A stretch of 64,000 bases of DNA from Lama glama (GCA_028534125.1 CM052816.1:4280001-4344000), one strand, 5' to 3'; counted from the stretch's first letter, positions 51,133 through 63,351 are shown. Program-made: numbers and translations. Notes: a model not told the origin generated them from the letters alone.

Positions 51133-54011
51133 ACATGTAGAAAAGAGTTTCACCATGTTTCTTTCTCTCTGATTTCCTAGTGTAGCCATTCTAATCTCAA
51201 AATGTATCCCATCATTTCTGGCGCCCGTCTATGCATTTATTGAGAATGACAGAGACCATACACCTTAGCTCCTAGGCTTGTGCCTGGCTGGCTCTCAGAA
51301 ACAGTTCAGAGACTTGAAGGTAATTGGTCAATTATCAGCTATACCAAATAGCTGAGCTCTCTGACAATGTTCTTAGAATGGTGTTCAGCTCACATAAGAC
51401 ACTTGATAGTCAGTAGCTAATGTAATTAAAAAAAAAAACACGTAATGACCTAGTACATAAAGACGTTGAAAAGCAGAAGGTTTCGGGATTGGTGAAGCTG
51501 GCTCTATGATGGCATCAAGGCCCCTGATCTGTCACTTAATAACTGTGTGACTTCAGCAAATACATTACTTCTCCTACCCTCCAGTTTCTTTCATGAATAA
51601 TAATAGCCTTGGAAAGCACTCATTAAAATTTTCCATCATCATAATTACTGTTTTAAACATTACTATTTTATGAAAGATTTTACTGGCTCAAGAGTTCTAA
51701 TAAAATCAAAACGATAACCCATTGGCTAGATAATCTTTAATGCTTCTTTTGTTTTTCAAGTAGATGACTGTTTTTTTATCTGTTTCTCACAGATAGGACA
51801 GATTGCCTGGCATCATCCAGTCTCCACTGGATTTTCTTATACAGGAAGAAGAGTCAGGAGAGAGGAGTTAGTTGGGAGCTCCTATATGAAGACTGCAGAC
51901 TCTTCTCAACAGCAGAGAGGGTGCCTCCGTCTGCCTCTCCGCATTAGTCTTCCTCTCCCCTTTACCTACAGGGGTGGGTGCAAAGTTTTAATGAGAACAA
52001 AATGCAACCAGATTGATTTACTGTCCAGCACCTGCTTGTGCTACACAAGCACCTTTTAAAATAGCATTCTGGTGGGTGTTGCTTTTCAATGGTCAGAAAT
52101 AACAGGATTTGGAAATAAATGAAAATTTTTAAAATGACAAAAACAAGGCACACGAAAAAGGATAAATCAAAGAATCAAGACACCAACTGTTAGTTCTTGC
52201 TCTGAGTAGGAAAGAAAAAAAAAGCAAAACGGAAGCCCACGGGGTATGTGGCCTGATTGTAAACAAGTCAGGGAGATGAAATTAAAAAGGCAGGACAGAG
52301 CCTTTAGAACTCCTAAAGAGGTCTCATGTGCCAGAGAGGGGTTCATTTCATCCAAAGCTGATTTGTTAGCCGGTTGCTGACCTAACAATTTCAATTAATA
52401 GACATCCGAAGAGACAATGTATTGCCGCTATTATAAGGTGTAATTTTTGTCTCCAGTAATAAATGCAGCTTCCATTCCTAATTATCTGTCTTTGGCACAA
52501 TACCCTCCCCACTCCACCCCCAAGATAAGCCCAACAGGAAAAAAAAGAAAACTATTCTTTTTCCACAAAAAGAGTCCTTTGGAGTGATATGTGGTATTCT
52601 GTATGTTCAGAAATCTTCCATTACAAACAAAAACAAACAAATAAATAGATAAGAACCTGTTCCCCCAAGAATAAACCAAATGGTTTATATCATAAAACGA
52701 TGGAAGCTTTCTTCTCAACAATATTTGAAATGACCAGGACATATTTTATAGACTGCCCCAGGAGAAATAATCTAAGAAGGCTACAGAGAGTGTTTTATGA
52801 GATTTATGGACTTATCTCAAGCAGTGGATCATAGTTTTATCATAAGAAACACAATTCCCAGACAGTTTGACATCTGGGGTTTGTTTTAGTTTTTATGCAC
52901 ATAACCTACTGGTTGGCCCAGCATCCAAGCATATTAACCACAAACTTGAGCATTCAAACACAAGTGACTCTCAAATATTTTCTCTAAAAGCTCACAGAAT
53001 AACATACTGGAGATGACCCCTGACTTCAACGAGCTTACCCTCCTGTTGTAGAAGTAAAAACCAACTAAAGGAAAGACTGATCCCAAACACAAGTTTTGGT
53101 GTGTTGATACATACAGTACATGTTCTACTTCTACAAGGACTTAAATGGACAAGCTAGAATAAAATTAAAAGAGCTAAACCACCAGGACCTGTGGGCTTGT
53201 GAGAGGAATTCAGTTGGGGAAGATTATTCTTTATTCCAATAAACCTTTAAGTCTCAGAAAAAAAAAAAGATACATCTCCAGGGACATTTCTTTTCCACAC
53301 TTAAAACAACCTAAGAAAACCAACCAGACATTTTTGTTCGTATGTAGAATGTATCTGTGTACGATTATTATTATTTATCCATCTACTCGTTCGGTCACGG
53401 CTGCAATGCCAGTGCTGACACAGTCTGTGCCCTAGAGCTCGGTCTAGCCCTGAATATTCAGAACCTCAATTTACAGACTCTTCTGTGCTAATTATCCCAT
53501 GTTCTGAATTACAGGAGCTTATATAAGTCACATGACTTATAAGTCATACAACAGTAAAATATTTTCTAGAGATACTGATCTAAAAATCCCAGGGTTTCTA
53601 TTCTTTCATTGATGTATTTTCTGCTTCGAGATGTTCATATCAAGCAATTATAATCATTACTCCCTGGTCCTCAAGTTGTTCATGAAAAGGGCTAACATTT
53701 TGCTCACTATACCCAGGTACCATAACAGATAAATACATGTCTATCACACCTACATATATTCAAATTGTGATACAATAATTTCCATCACAAATTGACAGAT
53801 ATGTAATAAATGAACATGAAAATCCTATTCTTACCTTCTGTCTCAGTATCACAATAGACAGAAAGGTTGGAAGACAATATTTTCTGTAACTTTCAATTCC
53901 ACAAATCTACATATAAAATCTAAACTCTAGAAAAGAGTTCCACTTCCAATGAAAACAATAAAGTGTAGACTATGAAGTTAAAAAAAAATCACACAAAAGT
54001 CTTAAAAACTG

Positions 54012-54102
54012 ACAGTGAAAAAGAATATGAAAAGGAATATACATGTATAAATGAATCACTATGCAGTACACCAGAAATTAAAACATTGTAAATTGACTAT
54101 AC
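54012..54102 (+). mobile_element. L1 3' end stub
   Basis: gaaaaagaatatgaaaaggaatatacatgtataaatgaatcactatgcagtacaccagaaatt...acattgtaaattgactatac. Confidence 0.9.
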
Positions 54103-54117
54103 AAGAAAGGAAAGGAA

Positions 54118-54156
<39 letters not shown>

Positions 54157-54311
54157 GGAAGGAAGGAAGGAGGGAAGGAGGAAAAGAAAGGATGGAAGGA
54201 AGGAAGGAAGGAACAAAGAAAGAAAGAAAGAAAGAGAGAGAAAGAAAGAAAGAAAGAGAAAAAGGAAAGAAAAGAAAAAGAAAAAGAAAAAAGAAAGAAA
54301 AGAAAGAAAAA
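54103..54311. repeat. 209-bp polypurine compound microsatellite (GA/GGAA/GAAA/GAAAA)
   Basis: Only 3 pyrimidines (54125, 54193, 54214); sits where the L1 poly(A) tail would be. Confidence 0.97.
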
Positions 54312-54820
54312 TGCTGTTGGCAAAAAAAAAGCCTTTCATTCCAAAGATGTGCTTGTCAGTTCGTACAGTCAAGACACCAGTGGGGAGACCTGATTCACGG
54401 AGGTATTGCTGAATAGCTATGCTGATCCCCATCTGCGCTGTCACACAGCCTCTGATCAAGCCTCACCATCCACCTGGTTTAGCCATGACACTGGCCCCCA
54501 TACAGTCTGCTTCCAGTTGCTCCCCAACCTCCTTTATTTCCCACCTGGCACAAAGTGCTGGAGAACACCCAGGTTGAGGTTTGCCTTCCAAAATAATAAA
54601 ATCAACCCTGCCACTCTCCAACATAAAAATCCCTCCCAGCTTTCTGCTGCTTACAGGGAGAGTCTGGACTCCACAGATGGTACCTGAAGACCTTTGATAC
54701 CCGGCCGCACACTCACCTGTTCATGCTCGTGGGCACCAGCCTCCCTGCTCATGCTCCTGCCCCTAGTCCCTCACTCCCCTATGTATAACACCTGTGGCTT
54801 CCAGAGAATTCCCTCTACAC

Positions 54821-55067
54821 CAGAGGTTCTCAACCAGAGGCTCTTTTGTTCTCCAGAGACTATTTCACAAGGACCAGAGACATTTTTGTTTGTTACAAAT
54901 GAGGGCTGTGATGCTATGGCATGTAGTCAGGAGAGGGCAAGGATGCTGTTAAACATTCTATAATACATAGGATAGCCCCCCACAGCAAAGAATTACCTGG
55001 CCAAAATGTCTATCTATTATTAAAATATTATCTAGGCCCAAAATAGTAGCCAGCTTGAGAAACCTTG
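54821..55067 (+). mobile_element. MER20 hAT MITE
   Basis: cagaggttctcaacc...gagacatttttgtttgttac...aggatgctgttaaacattcta...gcaaagaattacctggccaaaatgtc...ttgagaaacc. Confidence 0.9.
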
Positions 55068-55395
55068 CTCTACTACGAATGCCACCTCTCCATCTAACTC
55101 ATTCCCCTACCCTTCAAGGTCCAGCTCTGAAGTTTCCTCTTCCTTAAAACAGTCCCTGATTTTTCAGGCTGCCAGTCACTCCCTCACTTTTCCCCTTCCA
55201 CATTCTCTTCAGACTGTATTTCGACCTACACAAATGACAAATATCTATCTTAGTGTCTGCATCCTCCCTAGACTGTGAACTCCAACATGCCAAGTCGTCT
55301 TCTTCTTTCTGTCCCTTGACGTGCCCCCTGCAAATACTCCATCAATGTTAAATGACTGTACGCCATTTCTTTATTTTATAGCTTTCTCTCTAGAC

Positions 55396-55582
55396 CTGCA
55401 CTGTTCAATACAGGTGATCGTGGATGGTATTTAAATTAAAATTTGTAATTAACTACTATCACATAAAATTGAAAACTCATTTCTCTAGTTGCACTACCAC
55501 ATTGCAAGAGTGCAACAGACACGCGTGGCTAGAGGCTGCTCCACTGAACAGTGCAGAAAGTTCTCCTGCGCAGCACAGCATC
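55396..55582. mobile_element. MER3/MER33-like hAT MITE
   Basis: ctgcactgttcaata...tctctagttgcactaccacattgcaag...acgcgtggctagaggct...cagcacag, flanked by tctaga. Confidence 0.75.
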
Positions 55583-56107
55583 TAGACTGTCAGCACCATG
55601 AGACTTAAGGGTCGTATCCGTGTTCAAACACATGCCTGGTACACAGTAGGTACTCTATAAACGTCTGTGTGAATGAAGGCACATGGATCCTGGTTGTGCT
55701 CATTTCCATTGAGTCGATCTGTACGAGAGATAAAAGCTCAGCTAAGGCAGGGATTTTCAGAAAATTCCTGCTTTGCTACTGGTCCACACAGAGGGCTTTC
55801 AGTCATGACTGGCAAAGTATGTGCAAGTGAGTAATGAATAAACCCCAGGGTGTCAGGAGAAAGAGCAGGGTCACATGACAGGAATTAACATCTCGGAGAC
55901 CAAGTGAGAGCTGCACAGCCTGAGTCCGTCCTGAATGGTTTGCTGGAACAGCTGAGCCCTGAGCACCCGCAACCATAGCAAGAAAAACACACAGATGATA
56001 CAAAAATAATTCGTAACACAGATCCCAAGGGGAATGCTTAAAACCCAGAGAGACAAGGCAGACATAGGAAGTCTAACAGGGAGGCCTCAGTAAGTACCGG
56101 CTAGGGA

Positions 56108-56348
56108 CACTGATTTGAGAGTCAGACAGATTTGGGTTTCTGTTCCTCCTCTGTCACTTTCTAATAGAGTAATTTGGGCAAGTTAGTTGACCCCTTTGAG
56201 CTTCACTCTCCTTAGCTACAAAATATAAATGATAGTATTACCTTGCTCACTATTTTATTGTGGGAAAATAAATGAGATACCGTGTGTACACATGCAACAG
56301 AAACTGATACATAATAAGCACTGAAAAAAATTGCTATTTTCATAATTA
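56108..56348 (+). mobile_element. MIR SINE
   Basis: agtcagacagatttgggtt...ctctgtcactt...ttgggcaagttagttgacccc...aaatgagatac. Confidence 0.85.
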
Positions 56349-56559
56349 TCAAAAATATTATAAAATCTTAGGGATGGAAGAGACCAAGAGGTTAAGTCTA
56401 GCTCCAATCCTATCTTCTGTTCTCACACCGAGTTCTTTATCCTCCCTACAACATCCCTGCCAAGGTTGTCCAGCTTCAACTTAGCATCCTTTACTGACCA
56501 CGAACTTACTGCTTCTTATGGCAGCTCTTCCCAGTTCAGGTAACTCTGTAACGTAAAAC

Positions 56560-56780
56560 CACCATGTTTCTCCAAGGGGCACTACTGGCATTTGGATGGG
56601 GCAGTTCTTTATTGCACTGGGTTACCCTAAGCACTATAGGACATGGAGTATCTGTCTGCAGCCCCATAGATACCGGTAGCACATATAACCCTCAGTCACC
56701 ATGCAAACAAACAAATGCCCTCAGGTATTTTCTGTGTTCCTTATAAGGGTAGGACTATCAACTGCTAAAAGCCATTGACC
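56560..56780 (-). mobile_element. MER20-like MITE, diverged
   Basis: tttctccaaggggcactactggcatttggatggggcagttcttt...cccatagataccggtagcac. Confidence 0.6.
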
Positions 56781-56869
56781 AAACTAAAATCTTCCTCCTG
56801 GATTGGAGCTTGAGAAAAAGTAAATAGGGACATTCAGAGATGAGGGAGATTTCAAGAGTTCCAAGGGGC

Positions 56870-57378
56870 ATATGGTAGACTTTGCCTGCTAGCTCTTATA
56901 TCCATCTCCCACTCTTTCCCTGTTCTGCTCTGCATCTCATGGCATCACATCCCCCAGGTTCCTTCTCCAACTGTCTGCTAGGTGGATTCATCCAATGAGA
57001 GGCACAAGAATGTGGCAGAAGGGGAGAAGTCAGTATTCATTTCTCTCTTACTCTGCCTTGTGTAACATCCCCTCTCGAACAGAGGAACATGTCCCTCAGG
57101 GATCCAAGAGCCCTCTTCTCTATAGTCCCAACTCCTGCCTGGGCGGCCCTGCCTCTGGTGTCACAGCTGTCTGATGATTCTGGCCTCTGGGCTTTGGTGA
57201 CACCCCCTCCTCTCGCTGCCTCTCCAAGCTTCCTATTAATCCCTGGGCTGTCCCATGCCCCTGATGGCTCCATCAGCTTTCCCCTCATGTATGCACTGAA
57301 TATTCTCTATCATTAAATCCCTTCTGTTGAAATACACTGAACAATCTGTTTTCCTGATTGGACACTGACGAACACAAT
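56870..57378 (+). mobile_element. ERVL-class LTR (LTR33-like)
   Basis: ctgttctgctctg...tcatccaatgagaggcac...cattaaatccctt...tctgttttcctgattggacactgacgaacaca. Confidence 0.6.
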
Positions 57379-57489
57379 CTGGGAGATGAAGTTCTTTCCT
57401 ATCTCCATGTTGGATGAATGACTAAAAAGAGTAGCTCGATACAGGGATTGTTTCTCTCTTTTTTCATTGCTGGGAGTGACAGATCACCT

Positions 57490-57989
57490 NNNNNNNNNNN
57501 NNNNNNNNNNNNNNNNNNNNNNNNNNNNNNNNNNNNNNNNNNNNNNNNNNNNNNNNNNNNNNNNNNNNNNNNNNNNNNNNNNNNNNNNNNNNNNNNNNNN
57601 NNNNNNNNNNNNNNNNNNNNNNNNNNNNNNNNNNNNNNNNNNNNNNNNNNNNNNNNNNNNNNNNNNNNNNNNNNNNNNNNNNNNNNNNNNNNNNNNNNNN
57701 NNNNNNNNNNNNNNNNNNNNNNNNNNNNNNNNNNNNNNNNNNNNNNNNNNNNNNNNNNNNNNNNNNNNNNNNNNNNNNNNNNNNNNNNNNNNNNNNNNNN
57801 NNNNNNNNNNNNNNNNNNNNNNNNNNNNNNNNNNNNNNNNNNNNNNNNNNNNNNNNNNNNNNNNNNNNNNNNNNNNNNNNNNNNNNNNNNNNNNNNNNNN
57901 NNNNNNNNNNNNNNNNNNNNNNNNNNNNNNNNNNNNNNNNNNNNNNNNNNNNNNNNNNNNNNNNNNNNNNNNNNNNNNNNNNNNNNNNN
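57490..57989. other. Assembly gap (500 N)
   Basis: Run of exactly 500 N. Confidence 1.
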
Positions 57990-58229
57990 GGTCCCTACGT
58001 TCTATGCCTGCTTCTGCCAATTACTGATTTCGTGACCTACGGCAAATCATTTAACTTCTGAGGTTGTCGTAAGGACCAAATGAGAAGGTGTGTTTTAAAG
58101 CACTATACTTTGAAAAATGAGAAAGCTGTATGCAAATGCAAAAATCAGTATTTGTATAATTCTAAGAGGCATTTTTCCCATTTCAGAAAACAAACTATCT
58201 TCAGGCACTTGAAAAACACGTCAGCTTTC

Positions 58230-58243
58230 ATTTGCATACAATT
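58230..58243 (-). promoter_or_regulatory. Compressed Sox-Oct composite motif (AATTGTATGCAAAT) in an octamer cluster
   Basis: atttgcatacaatt at 58230-58243; further perfect octamers at 58130-58137 and 58327-58334. Motif only, function not shown. Confidence 0.35.
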
Positions 58244-58839
58244 ATTATTCTAATTACAAATTATGTTCATGTATTCATCAAAGCAGGTTCATCAGGGCAT
58301 CTATTAGGCAACTCTTTATTAGTTTAATGCAAATTATGTATATGAAAGTAATAAAGCTGCATTTCTCTTTCAATAATAATTTCAGAAAGTCTCCATTAAT
58401 CCAACTAACTGAAGTATGACTCTAAATTTTATGCTGTCTGAATGTGAGGGAGGAAAGCCTAAAACTGAGTTCAACGCAAACTCCAGCAAATAGTTACTTA
58501 TACTCTTCAGTGACAATACTTAAATATTGCGGGTACAATTCATGTTTTATTCTGCTTATTTCCATTGCACCCTTGAGAAACAGAGCCCATATTCAAAAAA
58601 CAAAGATCAAGAGACATTAGAACACTAAGTAACATGAAGAGATCACAACTTAAAACTCCCTCACCAGCTCATTTTACCTCTTGATAATCCATAGTTGCCC
58701 ACCTGAATTATCAACACCAGCAGAATCAGGTAAAAAAAAAAAAAGATGTTTATCTTCTTATATTTAAATACAGCAAATAAAAGCAGCACATCTTCCTTTA
58801 CAGTCTGACACCTCTCGTTTATTTCTTTCCTTCTACGCC

Positions 58840-59170
58840 AACCACACTAGCACTCCTTGAGCACTCTGGGTATTTTTACTTTTCTGTGTCTTTGCTGTTC
58901 TCTTTGCCTGGACAGTCTTCTGTGCATTAAAATCCCCCTTCATCCTCAGGCTGTGAATCCATGCCTTCCCATTATTCCACAAGATGTCCTGCCTTGTAAT
59001 GGGTGAAGTGTTCACTGACCTGCTGCTTCAACTAAAGTATAAACCCCATGAAGGCAAAGACAAGGCCATATTCATCTTTTTATTGCCTACAGCACCGTGG
59101 TGCTTGGCATATATATTTAGAAGGCAAGAAGGTACATGAAAAAACAGATGAATAAATGAATGAATGGATG
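58840..59170 (+). mobile_element. L2 3' region
   Basis: tttgctgttctctttgcctggac...tataaaccccatgaaggcaaagac...gtgcttggcatata...gaataaatgaatgaatgga. Confidence 0.75.
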
Positions 59171-59460
59171 CTACAGGAAACCTAGTGACTGACATATGTA
59201 TTTTAAAGTTATGCAGCCTAGTATCTATAAGCTAGCATGCACATGGCAGGAGAGCAAATTTAAATGATGAGAAATCTACCTAATTTATAAATCTATCCTG
59301 ACCTAGAAATATTATCCAACCTTACCCAGTAGGAAAAACTTAGGCATTGTCATATAAAACTTGATTCAGCTGATCACGTAAAACTACCCTGGATATGAAA
59401 CATTAAAAAGATTTATGTTTCATCAATATTCTGTCATTTTTCAAACCTCTCCAAGTTTCG

Positions 59461-59487
59461 TTTTTTTTTTTTTTTTTTTTTTTTTTT
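59461..59487. repeat. Poly(T) run (27 nt)
   Basis: Direct read. Confidence 0.95.
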
Positions 59488-59690
59488 ACCTTTTAAAGTT
59501 TTTAATAGTCAGAACCAGGGGAAAAAATGGACCAGTTAAAAAAAACAACAACAGTGGAATAAAATAAACCATTTAAGAGCCATATTATTTTGAAGTAACA
59601 CAGAATTATTAAAAATTGTGCTTTTGAGAAAGCATTTCATCACATAAAAAAATCTTCCCAGTAAATGTTCTAAGCGAATAAAACAGCATA

Positions 59691-60087
59691 CAGGTTTGCT
59701 TGCTCTGAAAGCAGACCTTTCCTATGAAACCGTTCATAAGCGGAAATGGCGTAAAGCGAATAAGAAATTGCCTTCGGACACATCGTGCTTACGGACGCAC
59801 AGAAGAAATTAAGATAAATCACAGATGCTCACAGGCACCGTTCAAAGCTATGGTGGCTTGACGCTGAGGTGCGGAGTGTGGTTTCTGGGGAAGCAGCTCA
59901 CGAATCAAGGTGAGCACTGCCTTACTAATGGCTCAAGAAAACAACCACTGAACGCTATTTCCGCCTTTCGCCTTTTTTATAAAAGCGAAAATCCTCTTGG
60001 TTTCAATGGAGAAAACAGGTACTAATGCAAGTCTTGCATAAACGTGAAGCGGGGTAAAGTGAACTTTCAAAAAGCAGGGGATACCTT
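59691..60087 (-). mobile_element. TcMar-Tigger non-autonomous DNA transposon
   Basis: TA-flanked; imperfect TIRs caggtttgcttgctctgaaag and ctttcaaaaagcaggggatacct; repeated subterminal gtaaagcgaa-type motifs. Confidence 0.8.
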
Positions 60088-61719
60088 TATTCTTTATTTT
60101 TCAGAGAAAATAGTTGTACCCATTTTTCTTTCTTCACATATGTAGATAAAAGGCTGGAAAGATATACAATATAATGTTGAAAGCAGTTATCTTTGGTTGG
60201 TGGGAATATAGGTGAATTCTTTTAAACCTACTTTAAAATATTCTTCGAGTTCTCTAAGTGTTCTGAGAGAGAATATTTCGTTATTATAATCAGCAAAAAA
60301 CACTTATACATTATTTCCATTTTAACAGGAAAGAAACGTTACAAGTTTTAGGCACAAGGACAGACTAGGGCCTGATTATCCCTGAAGGAGAATCCAGTGT
60401 GTCCCTAACGTACTGTGTGAACCTAAGTAGGTCACTTAATGCTTACAACCTCAGCTTCTTTATTGTTAAAAGGAGGTGCTGGAGTAGATGCGTGTTAAAA
60501 TGTCATGTAGCCATAAAACCCTGGAACTCTAAGTAAAAAACAAATAGCTTTCAAGAGCCTTGGAAATCGGTTCCATTCTTTACAACAGACAGGACATAAA
60601 CAGGAACCAAGTAAACAAGGAAACCAAGGTAGCAAGTCCAGGAACCAGAGAACTCCCCCAAAGACCAAATACTCCCACATTATCATGCTGCCGCCCAAAT
60701 TCCTTACACTCACACAGTGGCCCTGGGTCTCCTAAGCCCATTCCTTTGAAGGCTAATTAATGGTATGCTACACAGGGGGTATTCTCAAGATGCTAAGGAG
60801 TCATTTGGGGAGGGAACATAAAAATTCTACTAAACAATAATATGCGATTTATAGTCTGGATGTGGCCCATACTGTATTGGCTTACTTTTATTTCACAGTT
60901 AATCTCCTAGCTCACAAAAGTTTTATCGGATTAGAGGCATGTGCAGTATTCCCTTTATAAAATTTTATAGTCCCTTGCTATTTTCAGGGGTTTGTTTTAT
61001 GGGCACAATTTGCTGCTTTAATCTCACCCAATTGTCACGTCCTAAATCACAGTGAATAAAAATGTCCTAAAAGGAGAGCTAGGTTGAGGGTAGTACTTAA
61101 TTACACTTAGTGCCTGATTTAAATGTTATCTGGGCATTGCCAAGTGCTGGGCACAGAGTAACCCAGCGGTGCAAATCTGCATAAGCCGACACAAGTCATT
61201 ACTGGCGTTTGAAGAGCAAAGCCCCCCTGCACTCAGATGGCATTCTGGCGGCATTCTGATGAAGGTGGTCATCTGAGCTTCCATCAGTATCTGAGCAAAT
61301 TAAAGTAGCTAATGAACTAGCTCCAGTGGCTGACGTTCCCAAAGTGGCAAAGCACAGGTCTCGTCTGTAAGCCTATCACTGAACAAGGCAATTTCTGATA
61401 CATCTCTTAGAGGAGCTTCCCTGATTCTCATTCGGCCAAATGTTGCCAATGATGAGTATCAGTGAGGGGGGGAAAGGAGACTCTCAACCGGTAAGGCCAT
61501 TCATTTCTGGGGGTCAACTGTGCTTCAGGAATCCTTAAAGCGTGCATAGTCTATTCATTACACTCTTTCCTTAGACGTATGAAGGAAAACGAAAAACAGA
61601 AGAGAAGTGATGGTGTTCTCTGATGATGCTTCAGATGATGAAGCTACAATTTCTGCCTGCCCCTTGACCTGGCCCCTGAAAAGAGGACCCCACTTTACTT
61701 TTCCTTTAAAGAAATATTC

Positions 61720-62100
61720 CTCCCTTATTGTTACCCTAACCTCCTTTGCCTGATCAAATACCCCAATTAACCTCTGAACCACGATGATTATTTCAGGAAT
61801 GGGCTTTATGACCCAAGACAAACTAATCCAAAAACCTTCGCAATTTTCCTGCAAAAAGGATGGCTCCTGGCTGCTTGGGTGTCTAAGCTGGGAGCAAGGC
61901 AGGTCCAGGGCTGTTTCTGCCTGGGAGAGACGCCAAACAGGGAGACAGATCTTACCAAAAGTATAAGCATCTGGGTCTAGCCATGCCTACCTAATACAGC
62001 ACCATCCATGTTACATGAGCTGAGCTAATGTCTCCTCATTTTGTCTTTACTGTGGACTTCAGTTTCTGTCATTTGCAACAGAATGAGTTCAGACTAAAAA
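61720..62100 (+). mobile_element. Old MLT1 (J/K-like) LTR, diverged
   Basis: aatgggctttatgacccaa...catctgggtctagccatgcct...gttacatgagc...tttctgtcatttgcaac...gactaa. Confidence 0.55.
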
Positions 62101-62834
62101 GGGACATTATTGTAAATGGAACAATGCACTTTGTTCAGAAAAGGAACACTTTGCACTCCTTTTTCTTTACTGAACATTTCTTAAGTAGCATAGTTCTAGG
62201 AAAAAGAGAGAAAGTATGATCACACAATCCAGACAGACACTGTCATCAATGATACATATGGCTTTCACATACCCCAAAGTAATATTAGCTAGCTCCCTAA
62301 GGGCCAGTCCCAGCACATAAAATAGGGAAGAATATGGTAAGCACTAAATAAATGGAAACTAGTAGCAGTCACAGTAATACCTGGAACACACAGTTTATTT
62401 ATACTGAAAAAAAACCTTCTTTTTCAGTATATCAGTTTCTCTATGATGTCCTGTTAGGTGACTCCAATTTGTCAATCATTCATTACCATACACAGTATTA
62501 CTATGGATAAGCCAGTATTATACATATGTCTTCCATAAACTGTGTGAGAATTCTTGATACATATAGCCAAAAGCAGGTATAGGGGGTCAAGGAATATTTA
62601 CAACTTCAAGTTTACTATGTCAAAATAAATTGTTCTCAAAAGTGCGCTGACCCGTGTATATTCCCATCTGCAATTTGCATATCTTGAACATTACTGAGAA
62701 AAATAGAATTCTACGTTAATAAATGAAAAATAAATTGATGTGAGAAATCTCACAATGGCGAAAGAACTAGGAAAGAATCTGACATTAAAAGTAATACATT
62801 TAATCTGACCCATTTCATCCTGCTCTCTTAATAG

Positions 62835-62838
<4 letters not shown>

Positions 62839-62873
<35 letters not shown>
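62839..62873. repeat. (AT)n microsatellite
   Basis: About 17 perfect units. Confidence 0.97.
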
Positions 62874-62876
<3 letters not shown>

Positions 62877-63351
62877 ATAATTTTCAAAGCACTCAACTCT
62901 TTTTTATGTACTGAAGACAAGGGGTCAGGGAAAAGGATGAGAAACATGAATTCAAAAAAATATGTTCTTACATCTAATTGTATAGCCAGGACCAATACTG
63001 CCCCACAAAAGCATTTGCCCAGATTCTAACTGGTCTCTTCTAGCTGAAGCCCAAGTAGTCCTTCTAAAATCCAGTTGGATCATGACTCCCCCCTGCTTCA
63101 AACAATGCAGCAACTACCCACTCAAATTCAAAAGATTTCCACAGCATCTCTTCAGCCAGCCCACTGTGCTTACCTTTCCAGTGTCACCTCTCACTGCTGA
63201 TTCCGAGACCTTCTTATGCTCCACGTGGTTCAACAGCTTTTAGTTCTGCCTTCTCTTTTTCTGCCCAAGTCTTCAGGGATGCCCAGAAATCTCCCCCATT
63301 CACTTCTAAGCCACCACTCTCCCACTTTCTCTGGCCTAACTCCTATTCTTG

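Noticed and set aside
54051..54459. K/E/R-rich and F/S/L-rich ORFs
   Set aside because: Translations of the purine microsatellite.
57418..58035. ORFs of 205, 186 and 178 aa
   Set aside because: Gap read-through artefacts.
62400..62431. 12-bp perfect hairpin tatactgaaaaa/tttttcagtata
   Set aside because: Short and dominated by A/T runs; too small for a pre-miRNA and no other support.
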